Notes: generated from the letters alone by a model not told the origin. Shown: positions 1-8,615, counted from the first letter of the stretch. The stretch is DNA of 32,000 nucleotides from Thermococcus kodakarensis KOD1 (GCF_000009965.1 NC_006624.1:1440001-1472000), one strand, 5' to 3'. A program made the numbers and translations.

Positions 1-587
1 AGGATTGCGAGCTTTATGGCATCGTCTTTTCCGATGTCGTCCCTGTAGTGCTCCTCGAAAATGGCCATGGCGGTGTTCCTGCCGCTTCCTATGGCAACTG
101 CTTTCCACTCGAAGTAGGCGCCGCTCGGATCGGTCTCAAAAAGCTCGGGCTTCTCGTTTACGCCCGCCATAAGCAGGGCGGCGCCGAAGGGCCTCACACC
201 GCCGTACTGGGTGTGGGCCTGCTTAAGGTCGCATATCTTCTTCACCAGAACGGTGAGCGGGACGGGTTCGCCGTAGGTGAGGCGGTAAATCTGGGCCTCA
301 AGCCTGGCCCTGTCAACCAAAACCCTGGCATCGGCAATAATGCCGCTCGGAGCGGCCGCTATGTGGTCGTCAATGAGGAATATCTTCTCGTAACTGCTCG
401 GTTCGATGAGCTTGCTGGTGATCCTCTTCTCAACGGCGAGGACAACACCGTCCTTCCACTTAACACCGACAGCGGTTGCTCCCCTCTTCACTGCCTCCCT
501 GGCATAGTTGACCTGGAAGAGCCTTCCGTCAGGGCTGAATACCGTAATCGCCCGGTCGTAACCGGCCTGCGGTGGTACAAACGCCAT
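1..587 (-). CDS. psmA: Proteasome (20S) subunit alpha, N-terminal ~195 codons; gene runs off the left edge
   Basis: Absent from the ORF track because no stop lies in the window. Reverse complement from ATG 587-585 reads [55 protein letters not shown]..., the canonical archaeal alpha-subunit N-terminus. GAGGTGA sits 5 nt upstream of the ATG. The 48..620 + ORF is its antisense shadow. Confidence 0.95.
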   Translation of the reverse strand, partial: MAFVPPQAGYDRAITVFSPDGRLFQVNYAREAVKRGATAVGVKWKDGVVLAVEKRITSKLIEPSSYEKIFLIDDHIAAAPSGIIADARVLVDRARLEAQIYRLTYGEPVPLTVLVKKICDLKQAHTQYGGVRPFGAALLMAGVNEKPELFETDPSGAYFEWKAVAIGSGRNTAMAIFEEHYRDDIGKDDAIKLAI

Positions 588-650
588 TTCACATCACCTC
601 TATTCCCTTTACTCCTTTAGCTTACTCTACGGGCCATCTATTAAGCTTTT

Positions 651-872
651 CTATTCTCCCCTAAAAGCGATGACCGCCATCCTCCTGGCGGTTCTCCTCG
701 CAAGCTCCAGCGGGATGAAAGACACTGCAAAGATGACCGCTCCCAGTATCAGGGATGCGGTCCATCCCAGGGGCTTAAAGATAATGAGCCCAAACCCTAC
801 CAGAAGCAACAGCAGGCCCGCGAGGAGAAGCTTTCGGTAAGCAATTTCGAGTTTTTTAAGTTCTTCACTCAT
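651..872 (-). CDS. Small membrane protein (73 aa), function unknown
   Basis: ORF track. Two hydrophobic helices (LLLAGLLLLLVGFGLIIF, SLILGAVIFAVSFIPL). GGTGGGAGC lies directly upstream of the ATG. Confidence 0.55.
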   Translation of the reverse strand: MSEELKKLEIAYRKLLLAGLLLLLVGFGLIIFKPLGWTASLILGAVIFAVSFIPLELARRTARRMAVIAFRGE

Positions 873-925
873 GCTCCCACCGGGGGACTTTTTAAGATGG
901 GTGGTTTTAAGTCTTTGGTGGTTCT

Positions 926-1393
926 ATGAAGTGTCCGTTCTGCAGTCCAAAAAGGGAAAACCTGCTGTACGAAGATGAGCTGATAAGGGTAATCCTCGAT
1001 GAATACCCAGCGAACAGGGGGCATGTGCTCGTCGTCCCAAGGAGACACATCGAAGCGTGGGAAGAGCTGGACGAGAAAGAAAAAATCGCCCTAATGCAGG
1101 GCGTTGACCTCTCCATGAAGGCCCTGAAACAGACCCTAAATCCCGACGGCTTCAACGTCGGCATCAACCTCGGAGAAGCAGCCGGCCAGACAGTTTCCCA
1201 CATCCATATCCACGTCATTCCGAGATGGAAGGGAGACTGCAACAGGCCGAGAGGCGGAGTGAGAAAGGCAGTACTGGATATCGAGGACGAAAACTTGACT
1301 ATGAAAGAGCGCTGGGAGAAAAACAGGCTAGGGAGAGAAGAAGTAGAATCCTTAAGGAAAGCCTTTCTCAGTCTCCTGGGAGAGGGTACTTAG
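926..1393 (+). CDS. HIT (histidine triad) family nucleotide hydrolase
   Basis: Histidine-triad motif HIHIHVIPR plus an N-terminal CPFC zinc-type motif; 155 aa. Confidence 0.9.
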   Translation: MKCPFCSPKRENLLYEDELIRVILDEYPANRGHVLVVPRRHIEAWEELDEKEKIALMQGVDLSMKALKQTLNPDGFNVGINLGEAAGQTVSHIHIHVIPRWKGDCNRPRGGVRKAVLDIEDENLTMKERWEKNRLGREEVESLRKAFLSLLGEGT

Positions 1394-1688
1394 CCTCGTT
1401 CTTTCTGATTTTCCTGCCAACGGCCTCATCCAGGTCTATTCCAAGCTCATGCGCCAGGAGTACGAGGTAAATTATGACGTCCGCTATCTCATCCGCGACC
1501 TCCTCCTTTTTCTGAGGATTCTTTACAGCTTCGAGGATTTCCTCATCGCTGAGCCACTGAAAGTGCTCGAAAAGCTCTCCCAGCTCAACCACAGCGGAGA
1601 TGGCCAGATTCTTTGGTGTGTGGTACTTTTTCCAGCTTCTAGCGTCCCTGAATTCAACGACTATTCTTTCAAGCTCACGGAAGTCCAT
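1368..1688 (-). CDS. MazG-like nucleoside triphosphate pyrophosphohydrolase
   Basis: MDFRELERIVVEFRDARSWKKYHTPKNLAISAVVELGELFEHFQW...EEVADEIADVIIYLVLLA carries the EXXE/EXXD MazG-type metal-binding helices. The track ORF extends to 1787. I prefer ATG 1688 (GGTGA 6 nt upstream) or ATG 1694, because both lie just after the stop (1699-1701) of the upstream ORF. Confidence 0.8.
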   Translation of the reverse strand: MDFRELERIVVEFRDARSWKKYHTPKNLAISAVVELGELFEHFQWLSDEEILEAVKNPQKKEEVADEIADVIIYLVLLAHELGIDLDEAVGRKIRKNEAKYPLPGD

Positions 1689-1698
1689 ACCCATCACC

Positions 1699-1995
1699 TC
1701 AGTAGAAGTGAGCCTCGCTATTCCTGAGGAGCTCAAGAAGTTTGAGGAACCTCTCCAGCTCCTCCCTTGAGAAGTGCTCTTCGGCATCCGTCTCGGGATC
1801 GAGGGATAGAAGAAATTCCCTGGCCTTTAAGAGGTCGTCCAGATCCTCCTGAAGCTCAATGGCCCGCTGGGTGAACTCCAGGCTCGTGTAGGGTGTCTCC
1901 ATAGCCCTCTGCTGGTTGGCAACTATGGCGATCTTGAGACTCGCTATGGCCTCGTCAAGGATTTCCACCAATTCTTTTATTTTCATAGACCTCAC
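1699..1995 (-). CDS. Hypothetical acidic all-helical protein (98 aa), likely co-transcribed with the MazG-like gene
   Basis: ORF track. Its stop lies a few nt upstream of the MazG-like start. I recognise no motif. Confidence 0.6.
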   Translation of the reverse strand: MRSMKIKELVEILDEAIASLKIAIVANQQRAMETPYTSLEFTQRAIELQEDLDDLLKAREFLLSLDPETDAEEHFSREELERFLKLLELLRNSEAHFY

Positions 1996-2078
1996 AAAGG
2001 AATTCGTGCTCTAGGTATTTAAAGCCTGCGAGAATACTTTATAAGGTTCAACGCAGATACAATAACAGGTGTCCACGA

Positions 2079-2336
2079 ATGGACTTCGCGCTTTTCATGG
2101 AAAGGTATGGGTACAAGATTCTCCTCGTGATCATGCTCTCCATCGTGTTTGGGATCATCGGAATATTCGTTGGTGCGGTGTTTGTGACCTTGAAGTCATA
2201 CGGTCTATACGTTGGGGGAATGATACTTATAGTCACAGCGATTTACGCATTCACAGTTAGAAGGAAATACTTGCAGTCTTACGGTGACGCAATGGGCAAG
2301 TACTTCTACGACCCGAAGCAGGGAAAGAGACCTTAA
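2079..2336 (+). CDS. Small membrane protein (85 aa)
   Basis: ORF track. Two clear TM helices (ILLVIMLSIVFGIIGIFVGAVFV, LYVGGMILIVTAIYAF). TATA-like TTTATAAGG lies about 40 nt upstream. Confidence 0.55.
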   Translation: MDFALFMERYGYKILLVIMLSIVFGIIGIFVGAVFVTLKSYGLYVGGMILIVTAIYAFTVRRKYLQSYGDAMGKYFYDPKQGKRP

Positions 2337-2412
2337 TAAGTCGAATATTTTTCGGCTTTTTTGGGTGTTTTCCTGAGCATAGAGTTTTAACCTTATTCAC
2401 GGAAAGCCTACG

Positions 2413-4335
2413 GTGGTCATCGTGGAGGCTCTAAAGAACGCTCCTTCTAACGCTTCACTTGGAGTATCGGCTAAAAAAGAGAGAAAGCTCCTCATGGGAA
2501 ACGAGGCGATTGCCTACGGCGCACTTGAAAGCGGTGTTGTCTTTGCTACCGGTTATCCAGGAACCCCCTCAACCGAAGTCATCGAGACAATAGCGAGGCT
2601 GAAGCCGGAGGTCTTTGCCGAGTGGGCGCCGAACGAGAAGGTAGCCTTAGAAGAGGCCGCTGGAGTGGCTTATACTGGGCTAAGGGCCCTCGTTACAATG
2701 AAGTGCGTCGGCCTAAACGTTGCCGCCGACCCGCTCATGAGCCTCGCCTACTCCGGCGTTGAGGGTGGACTTGTAATACTTGTCGCGGACGACCCCGGGC
2801 CGCATACGAGCCAGACCGAGCAGGACGACAGGTACTACGGCAAGATTTCTCTCCTTCCCGTTCTTGAGCCGGCTGATCCTCAAGAGGCCCACGACCTCAT
2901 AAAGTACGCTTACGAGCTGAGCGAGAGATACAAAGTCCCGATAATCTTCAGGACAACGACGAGGGTGAACCACACAACGGCCGACGTCGAGGTCGGCGAG
3001 TTCGTCGAGCTTAACAGGAAACCCGTCTTCAAGAAGGACATTGAGAGATACGTGAGGGCCAGCATGGAAGGCAACAGAAAGAGGCACAAGTGGCTCAACG
3101 AGACGCTGAGGAAGATCGAAGAGGAGTTCAACGAGATGCCCTTCAACTGGGTCGAAGGGAAAGAAGACGCCAAGCTGGGAATAATCGTTGAGGGTGCACC
3201 CTACAACTACGTGAAGGAGGTTCTCCCGAAAATAAACGCCGAATTCAAGGTTCTCAAGCTCTCAACTCCCCATCCGCTCCCGAAGAAGCTCGTTGTGGAG
3301 TTCCTGAAGACCGTTGAAGAGGCTATAGTAATTGAGGACGGCGCCCCGTTCCTTGAGGAGGAGGTCAAGATAGCCGCCTACGAGGCTGGCCTGAACGTTC
3401 CAATCTACGGCAAGAGGACGGGACATCTTCCGCTTGAGGGCGAGCTTACGCCTTCGCTCGTTAGAAACGCCCTGCTGAAGGTCATCGGCGAAGAAAGTGA
3501 GGAATACGTAAAGCCCGAAGAGGTTGCCTACGCCGAGAACTTAGCTCCGAAGAGGCCGCCAGTAATGTGTCCCGGCTGTCCTCACCGCGGCTCATACAGG
3601 GCAGTACTCGATGCCCTCAGAGACCTCAAGCTCGGCCGCTACAAGGTTCCAATACACGGCGACATAGGCTGCTACGCCCTATCCCTCCTCCCGCCGCTTG
3701 AGGCCATCTGGACCGAATACGTAATGGGTGCTAGCATAAGCCTCGCCAACGGTCAAAGCGTTGTTATGGACAAGAAGATCATAGCCACCATTGGCGACTC
3801 AACGTTCTTCCACAACGGAATCCAGCCGCTCATAGATGCCGTCTACAAGAACCTAAATGTTCTCGTGATGATACTCGACAACAGAACCACTGCTATGACA
3901 GGCCACCAGCCGCACCCGGGAACCGGCGGAAGCGAGACAGGAAGGAAGTTCAACGAGATAGACATAGAGGCCCTTGTGAAGGCTCTGGGAGTCAAGTACG
4001 TCAAGACCGTTGACCCCTACGACCTCAAGGCGACGAGGGAGGCTATAAAAGAGGCGATGCAGATCGAGGGGCCTGCGGTTATAATAGCGAAGCGCGAGTG
4101 CGTCATTCCTGTGATAAGGCGCGGCGAGATCGGAGAACTCCCAGTGGTCATCGAGGACAAATGTACCGGCTGTAAGGCCTGCATACTCCTTACGGGCTGT
4201 CCAGCGCTCGTCTACGACCCTGAAACAAAGAAGGTCAGGATAGACGAGCTCCTCTGTACTGGCTGTGGAGTCTGCAACCAGACGTGCCCGTTCGACGCCA
4301 TCAAGTTCCCGAGCGAGCTGAAGAAGGGGGCCTAG
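2413..4335 (+). CDS. iorA: Indolepyruvate:ferredoxin oxidoreductase alpha subunit (TPP-dependent 2-oxoacid:ferredoxin oxidoreductase family)
   Basis: LMGNEAIAYGALESGV..GYPGTPS N-terminus, TPP-binding GDSTFFHNG...LDN motif, and two C-terminal [4Fe-4S] motifs (CTGCKACILLTGCP and CTGCGVCNQTCP). The ~640 aa size is typical of IorA. Start is uncertain: GTG 2413, GTG 2422 (after GGTGG) or ATG 2494. Confidence 0.9.
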   Translation: MVIVEALKNAPSNASLGVSAKKERKLLMGNEAIAYGALESGVVFATGYPGTPSTEVIETIARLKPEVFAEWAPNEKVALEEAAGVAYTGLRALVTMKCVGLNVAADPLMSLAYSGVEGGLVILVADDPGPHTSQTEQDDRYYGKISLLPVLEPADPQEAHDLIKYAYELSERYKVPIIFRTTTRVNHTTADVEVGEFVELNRKPVFKKDIERYVRASMEGNRKRHKWLNETLRKIEEEFNEMPFNWVEGKEDAKLGIIVEGAPYNYVKEVLPKINAEFKVLKLSTPHPLPKKLVVEFLKTVEEAIVIEDGAPFLEEEVKIAAYEAGLNVPIYGKRTGHLPLEGELTPSLVRNALLKVIGEESEEYVKPEEVAYAENLAPKRPPVMCPGCPHRGSYRAVLDALRDLKLGRYKVPIHGDIGCYALSLLPPLEAIWTEYVMGASISLANGQSVVMDKKIIATIGDSTFFHNGIQPLIDAVYKNLNVLVMILDNRTTAMTGHQPHPGTGGSETGRKFNEIDIEALVKALGVKYVKTVDPYDLKATREAIKEAMQIEGPAVIIAKRECVIPVIRRGEIGELPVVIEDKCTGCKACILLTGCPALVYDPETKKVRIDELLCTGCGVCNQTCPFDAIKFPSELKKGA

Positions 4336-4340
4336 CCCCT
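4306..4340. repeat. Copy 1 of a direct repeat: the authentic iorA 3' end (FPSELKKGA-stop) plus GC-rich near-palindrome
   Basis: ttcccgagcgagctgaagaagggggcctag + cccct, compared by hand with 5065-5100 (see findings). Confidence 0.8.
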
Positions 4341-4778
4341 TACAATTTTTAAGAAGGGAACGTTGTCAAAGTCGCTGTCAAAGGTTGCTATTTTCGTTAT
4401 TCCGTGCTTAACGCACGTTGCAACGATTATAGCGTCGTTTGGAAGAAGTCCGTACTCCCTGGAGATATCTTTTAAAATCTCAAAATCGTCTTCCTCTTCC
4501 ACAACTGTTATTCCAGAAAGCTGCACAAGTTCCATAACCGTGGAGTAAGCCTGCTCAAGCAGATACTGCCCTTCTTTTAGCTTCGCGAACTTCTTTGCTT
4601 CATAAACGTTCGTTATCCCCTTATCGCGGGCCAGTCTTCTGAAGACAACGTACACAGCCTCGTTTATTGCGACTTTGGACGTTACCTTCTCAGGCAGTTC
4701 AAGAATTCTCTCAGCGTTCTCGCTTATGGGCGTCTCAAAGAGGTACGAATAGAGCACGTTGGTGTCAATATAGATCAC
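4332..4778 (-). CDS. vapC: PIN-domain ribonuclease toxin (VapC family)
   Basis: 148 aa with the PIN acidic signature: IYIDTNV (Asp5), INEAVY, LLPNDAIIVA, ATFDSDF. GTG start overlaps the upstream antitoxin ORF by 14 nt. Its stop shares the CTAG with the iorA stop. Confidence 0.85.
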   Translation of the reverse strand: MIYIDTNVLYSYLFETPISENAERILELPEKVTSKVAINEAVYVVFRRLARDKGITNVYEAKKFAKLKEGQYLLEQAYSTVMELVQLSGITVVEEEDDFEILKDISREYGLLPNDAIIVATCVKHGITKIATFDSDFDNVPFLKIVRG

Positions 4779-4986
4779 CGAACTCAGCCTCCAGCTCGTA
4801 GGCTTTGAGTTCTTCCATTTCGGCCTTACCCAGGATACCCCTCAATTTTCTGAAATCCTCAGAGGTCTTTCTCTCTAGATTTTTTCTCATGAGCTGGAGT
4901 TTGACGACCTCGAGCTCAACGAGTCTCCTAATTTCCTCGGGATCAACGTCAGCAGGAACGGTTATCTTAACCGTTACGGTAGGCAC
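4765..4986 (-). CDS. vapB: VapB-type antitoxin (73 aa), cognate to the PIN toxin
   Basis: Small charged ORF immediately upstream of and overlapping the PIN gene, the classic type II TA layout. GTG start is preceded by GGTGAGGGAGT. TATA-like TTATTTTAGAGG lies further upstream on the minus strand (~5040-5050). Confidence 0.6.
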   Translation of the reverse strand: MPTVTVKITVPADVDPEEIRRLVELEVVKLQLMRKNLERKTSEDFRKLRGILGKAEMEELKAYELEAEFGDLY

Positions 4987-5052
4987 ACTCCCTCACCTAG
5001 GAACATTAACTCGGGGAGACCTTTAAGTTTTGTCCTCTAAAATAAGCACTGC

Positions 5053-5100
5053 AGACCACCAATTTTTCCCCGCGAGCTGAAGAAGGGGGCTTAAGCCCCT
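5053..5100. repeat. Copy 2 of the direct repeat: non-coding relic of an iorA-like 3' end (..FPRELKKGA-stop) plus a perfect 16-nt palindrome AGGGGCTTAAGCCCCT
   Basis: 5065-5094 tttccccgcgagctgaagaagggggcttaa matches 4306-4335 at 25/30 positions by hand alignment. Weaker similarity extends back to ~5053. Confidence 0.7.
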
Positions 5101-5782
5101 ATTCTTTCCACACCTCAAGCACCATGTATCTTCTCACAAGCGGATTGGGATAGAGTTCCCAGTTTATTCCGTCAGTATTGGTCTCAATTTTTCCGAAGAG
5201 TCCGCCCTCTCTCGGGTCGAGGCTCTCTCCGTATATCTCCCCGGGTTTTATATCGACTCTCATGTACCTAGGCAGCCCGACTAAGACCTTTCCGTTCTTC
5301 CTGGCGTATTCTATTGCCCACTTGGCAGTGTATATTCCGGAGTATATCTCCGCTATCCTGACGGGAACGCTCCACTTTCCTATGGCAATTATCTCAATGC
5401 CAGTTTCTTCCCAAAGCTTCTTTGCCAGCGGCTGGAGGTCTCTGGAGAGGTCTTTCCAGACTTCCTTACCTCTATCGGTTATGCCAAGCGCCTCTATCGT
5501 TGGTTCATCGAGCTTCCTGACTTCTATTCCCCCAATTGTAGAGTCAAGGTGCACGACGTCGGGCTTAACTTCCCTGGCAAGTTCAACGGCCAGATAGGCC
5601 TCGTCCCTGATGGCCTGCCTGCCGCTCATGTCGTAGTTGAAGGGGTCAGCGTACTTGACCCTGCTCAGCGAAGCCGTCCTGTAGGGCTTTTCAACGAGCA
5701 CGGCGACGGTCGCTATCAGCCCTAGGGGGTTATATGCATCATCAAGAAGTGCACCACCCGTGTCAGCAGCGACTATCCTCAT
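5099..5782 (-). CDS. Conserved hypothetical protein (227 aa from MRIVAADTGG...)
   Basis: The track ORF starts at 5818. ATG 5782 is preceded by GGTGGTTACC and gives the N-terminus MRIVAADTGGALLDD. I cannot confidently name a family; an RNase H-like/nuclease fold is only a guess from the MRIVAxDxGG and VVHLDSTIGG strands. Confidence 0.7.
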   Translation of the reverse strand: MRIVAADTGGALLDDAYNPLGLIATVAVLVEKPYRTASLSRVKYADPFNYDMSGRQAIRDEAYLAVELAREVKPDVVHLDSTIGGIEVRKLDEPTIEALGITDRGKEVWKDLSRDLQPLAKKLWEETGIEIIAIGKWSVPVRIAEIYSGIYTAKWAIEYARKNGKVLVGLPRYMRVDIKPGEIYGESLDPREGGLFGKIETNTDGINWELYPNPLVRRYMVLEVWKE

Positions 5783-5838
5783 GGTAACCACCGAATACCA
5801 ATATACTTTCACATCCAAAACTAATATGGGGTATCAAT

Positions 5839-6225
5839 ATGGGAGACGCCACGATTTATGAAGTTTTGGGAAGGTACGTTGATGGCCTCGCAAAAGCTAC
5901 TCCAGTCTGCATCGCGTACGGGAGAGCGCTTCTGAATGGGGAGCTGATAACACCCGCGGAAAAACCTGTCAAATTTACAGTTTTCATGTACTCCCAAACC
6001 TTAGAGGTCGATGCCATATGGAGTGAAGACCACCTTGGAGGGCTTTCGATCAGAGGTACTCCCGCACTTCCTCAGAAGGGGTCAGTGGTCACTCTGCAGT
6101 TCCCTATACGAGAAGGAGAAGTCCTGGTAGAGCTGATGGGTGGAAGAGAAATAGGGAGAGCCCTACGGAGAGTGTCATCGTTTTGTATCGAGGGAATTGG
6201 AACAGTGATGTGGGTCAGAGGTTAG
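5839..6225 (+). CDS. Hypothetical protein (128 aa)
   Basis: ORF track only; no motif recognised. Confidence 0.5.
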   Translation: MGDATIYEVLGRYVDGLAKATPVCIAYGRALLNGELITPAEKPVKFTVFMYSQTLEVDAIWSEDHLGGLSIRGTPALPQKGSVVTLQFPIREGEVLVELMGGREIGRALRRVSSFCIEGIGTVMWVRG

Positions 6226-6231
6226 TCCTCG

Positions 6232-6546
6232 TCACCGCTCGGAACTCGGCAAACTCATCATTCCCCGAAGCCTCTCGAGCTCTTCCCTTAAAGACCTTAC
6301 CTTTTCTTCGCCAAGAGCACTCCCCGAGTACCTCCGTATCGCATCCTCAAGCTCTGGGAACCCGCCAAGAAATCCTGGAAGCCGCTCGGGTGGAACCAGC
6401 ATGCCAGTGCTCCGATACACCACAATCGCTGCCAGGGAGTAAAGGGCGTTTAGATACGACTCGTAGGCACCGCTGTAGTCTCCGCGGGAGAACATCCTAT
6501 CGCCTTCAGCAATTAGCTTTTCAAACTTCGAGAGCAGCTCTTTCAT
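6232..6546 (-). CDS. Hypothetical helical protein (~104 aa)
   Basis: ORF track. ATG 6546 is preceded by GGTG and by TATAAAAACC about 24 nt upstream. It is preferred over the antisense 6183..6581 + ORF, whose product is low-complexity and Arg/Ser/Pro-rich. Confidence 0.55.
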   Translation of the reverse strand: MKELLSKFEKLIAEGDRMFSRGDYSGAYESYLNALYSLAAIVVYRSTGMLVPPERLPGFLGGFPELEDAIRRYSGSALGEEKVRSLREELERLRGMMSLPSSER

Positions 6547-6600
6547 CCCAACCACCGGGAGGTTTTTATAATCCTGACTAAATAAATCCTCCGGGAAAAC

Positions 6601-7638
6601 ATGAGGGCTGAAACTGCAGTTTGGGCGGCTGTCATTGCAGTTATCTTGTACGTATCATGGAGGGTTATTCTTCCCTTTCTTGAGCCGCTTTTCTTCGGGC
6701 TTATTCTAGCCTACGCTTTCTATCCTATCCACCGAAGGTTGAGAAAATTCGTTGGAAACCGTGAGTCAGCGGCCTTCATCAGCTTTACCTTCCTCGTTCT
6801 CGGAGGAACCTTAACGTTTGAACTGGCAATGATGTCCCTGAAGTTGGCATCATCGTTTGCTGGGAGCATAAGGGATGTCATTAACTGGATTCTAACTCTC
6901 CCCCTTCCAGAAGACGCTAGGACTTTCATCCTCAACATCAAGGCTGAAGCAACAACAAGAATAGCTGAGTACGTCTCAAGCAGGGCGTTTTCGATACCGC
7001 TGTACGTAATTCAACTCACCGTGTTCTTTCTTGCCTTTTATTACGGGCTCGCATATTCAGAGCAGATAGCACGAACTATCAGAGAACTTCTGCCGGAAGA
7101 AAACCGGGAATTGGGTGAGGAAATACTCACCAGCGTCCACAAAACTCTCTCTGCCCTCGTGAGGGCATGGCTCCTCCTGAACGTTGCGAAGGGCATCCTG
7201 ATGACACTTGGATACATAGTCTTTGGCGTTTCTGACGTTTACACCGCAGTCATAGCTGGTTTCCTGACTTTCGCGTTCTCCTTCGTGCCGCTCTTCGAAG
7301 GCTGGATGATATGGCTGGCGGCGGCCATATACTTCGCCCTCAACGGGATGTACCTCCACGCCATCGGCATCTCAGTCTATGGCGCCTTTCTGGTCTCGCC
7401 GATGCCGGATTACACCATAAGGCCCATGCTCGTCGCCAGAGACACAGAACTGGACGAGACCCTGGTCTTCATTGGAATGGTAGGCGGAACATGGGCCATG
7501 GGGCTTAAGGGCATAATAATCGGCCCAATCGTGCTGAACGTATTGTTAGTCCTCATAAAAGAGTGGAAAAAGCTCACAGAATCTTCACACCAGCTCTCTT
7601 CATCTCCTCAAGGGCCTTCTTCTCGTCCTCGGGGTTGA
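6601..7638 (+). CDS. AI-2E family transporter / UPF0118 (PerM-like) membrane protein
   Basis: 345 aa polytopic membrane protein with the family's typical layout: N-terminal paired TMs, a central soluble segment, and a C-terminal TM bundle ending ..GGTWAMGLKGIIIGPIV. The last ~21 codons overlap the convergent pncA 3' end. Confidence 0.8.
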   Translation: MRAETAVWAAVIAVILYVSWRVILPFLEPLFFGLILAYAFYPIHRRLRKFVGNRESAAFISFTFLVLGGTLTFELAMMSLKLASSFAGSIRDVINWILTLPLPEDARTFILNIKAEATTRIAEYVSSRAFSIPLYVIQLTVFFLAFYYGLAYSEQIARTIRELLPEENRELGEEILTSVHKTLSALVRAWLLLNVAKGILMTLGYIVFGVSDVYTAVIAGFLTFAFSFVPLFEGWMIWLAAAIYFALNGMYLHAIGISVYGAFLVSPMPDYTIRPMLVARDTELDETLVFIGMVGGTWAMGLKGIIIGPIVLNVLLVLIKEWKKLTESSHQLSSSPQGPSSRPRG

Positions 7639-8110
7639 TGCCCTTAACTGCATCGCTCAGGAGGTAGGTCTCAAAGCCGTGCCTGACCGCGTCGAGGGCT
7701 GTCGCCTTCACACAGTACTCAGTGGCAACACCGCAGATGTAAACCTTCTCAACGCCGTTCTCCCTGAGAATCTCCGCGAGGTTCGTACCTTCAAAGCCCG
7801 AGTAGGCCTCCTTATCAGGTTCGGTCGCCTTTGAGATTATTATGGCGTCCTCTGGCAGGTCCACAACGAACTCCGCTCCAGGAGTGTTCTGAACGCAGTG
7901 TGGCGGCCACGGCCCGCCCCTCTCCTTAAAGCTGATGTGGTTCGGGGGATGCCAGTCCCTCGTGGCCACTATGAGAGCACCCTTCTCCTTGAACTTTTTG
8001 ATGTACTCGTTGCATTTGGGAATGATGGTGTCGCCCTCCGGTACTGGGAGCGCCCCCCCGGGCATGAAGTCGCGCTGCATATCAACAACTATGAGGGCCT
8101 CCTTCGGCAT
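7574..8110 (-). CDS. pncA: Nicotinamidase / pyrazinamidase (isochorismatase superfamily)
   Basis: ALIVVDMQRDF (catalytic Asp), DWHPPNHISF (metal-binding D/H/H), catalytic Cys in VYICGVATEYCV. The size (178 aa) and sequence resemble the Pyrococcus PncA I remember. Confidence 0.9.
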   Translation of the reverse strand: MPKEALIVVDMQRDFMPGGALPVPEGDTIIPKCNEYIKKFKEKGALIVATRDWHPPNHISFKERGGPWPPHCVQNTPGAEFVVDLPEDAIIISKATEPDKEAYSGFEGTNLAEILRENGVEKVYICGVATEYCVKATALDAVRHGFETYLLSDAVKGINPEDEKKALEEMKRAGVKIL

Positions 8111-8164
8111 AGAACCTCACCCGATTATATATGGAAGTTGAGACTTAAAAGGCTTAAACGGAAC

Positions 8165-8572
8165 TCAGAACTCTGGAAGCCTGTCCCTGAACTTCGACAT
8201 ATCCACTCCTTTCTCCATGCCGAACAGGTACGCTAAGATGGCCTCGTCGAGGTCTCCGTAGCGTTCGCGCATCTTCTTAACGCCTTCCAGAACCTCAAGT
8301 TCGCCCCATCCAAGGGAGCGGGCAATATAAGAGACCATCTCACCGAGCAGGGAACCAGCCTCTTTCTCTTCTTCCAACTTTTCAATAACGACAAGGAGTT
8401 TCCCTTCACTCTCCTCCAGAAGACCTTCTTCGATCCATTCCTCGATGGCCTTTTTGGCCTCAGTGGGCGACATCCTTCTGAGCCTGAAGCTGAGAATACC
8501 AACTAACTCGCTCCTCGTGAACTCAGGGGAGCCTTTAATCTCGATGGCCTCCTCAAGCGGGTGCATATCCAT
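8165..8572 (-). CDS. Conserved archaeal hypothetical protein (135 aa from MDMHPLEE...)
   Basis: The N-terminal 42 codons of the track ORF overlap the divergent thioesterase gene and look non-coding, so I prefer ATG 8572. The product is helical and acidic; family not confidently named. Confidence 0.6.
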   Translation of the reverse strand: MDMHPLEEAIEIKGSPEFTRSELVGILSFRLRRMSPTEAKKAIEEWIEEGLLEESEGKLLVVIEKLEEEKEAGSLLGEMVSYIARSLGWGELEVLEGVKKMRERYGDLDEAILAYLFGMEKGVDMSKFRDRLPEF

Positions 8573-8615
8573 CAAACTTATTACCTCCCCAGATTTAATA
8601 AACCTGGTGGTTGGA

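Noticed and set aside
48-620. 190-aa + strand ORF at the left edge
   Set aside because: It is the antisense shadow of psmA. The minus strand encodes a textbook proteasome alpha N-terminus, and the + strand product is Gly/Ala/Leu-rich with no motif.
907-1242. 111-aa minus-strand ORF
   Set aside because: Antisense to the HIT hydrolase gene, which has the diagnostic HxHxHxx motif. Its product is Ser/Phe-rich low complexity.
6183-6581. 132-aa + strand ORF
   Set aside because: It overlaps almost fully with the better minus-strand ORF 6232-6546. Its product is Arg/Ser/Pro-rich, and no RBS was seen.
7574-7638. 65-nt convergent overlap between the AI-2E transporter 3' end and the pncA 3' end
   Set aside because: It probably just reflects the absence of an earlier stop codon in the transporter frame. 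The overlapping tail (TESSHQLSSSPQGPSSRPRG) is low complexity, and there is no evidence of regulatory meaning.
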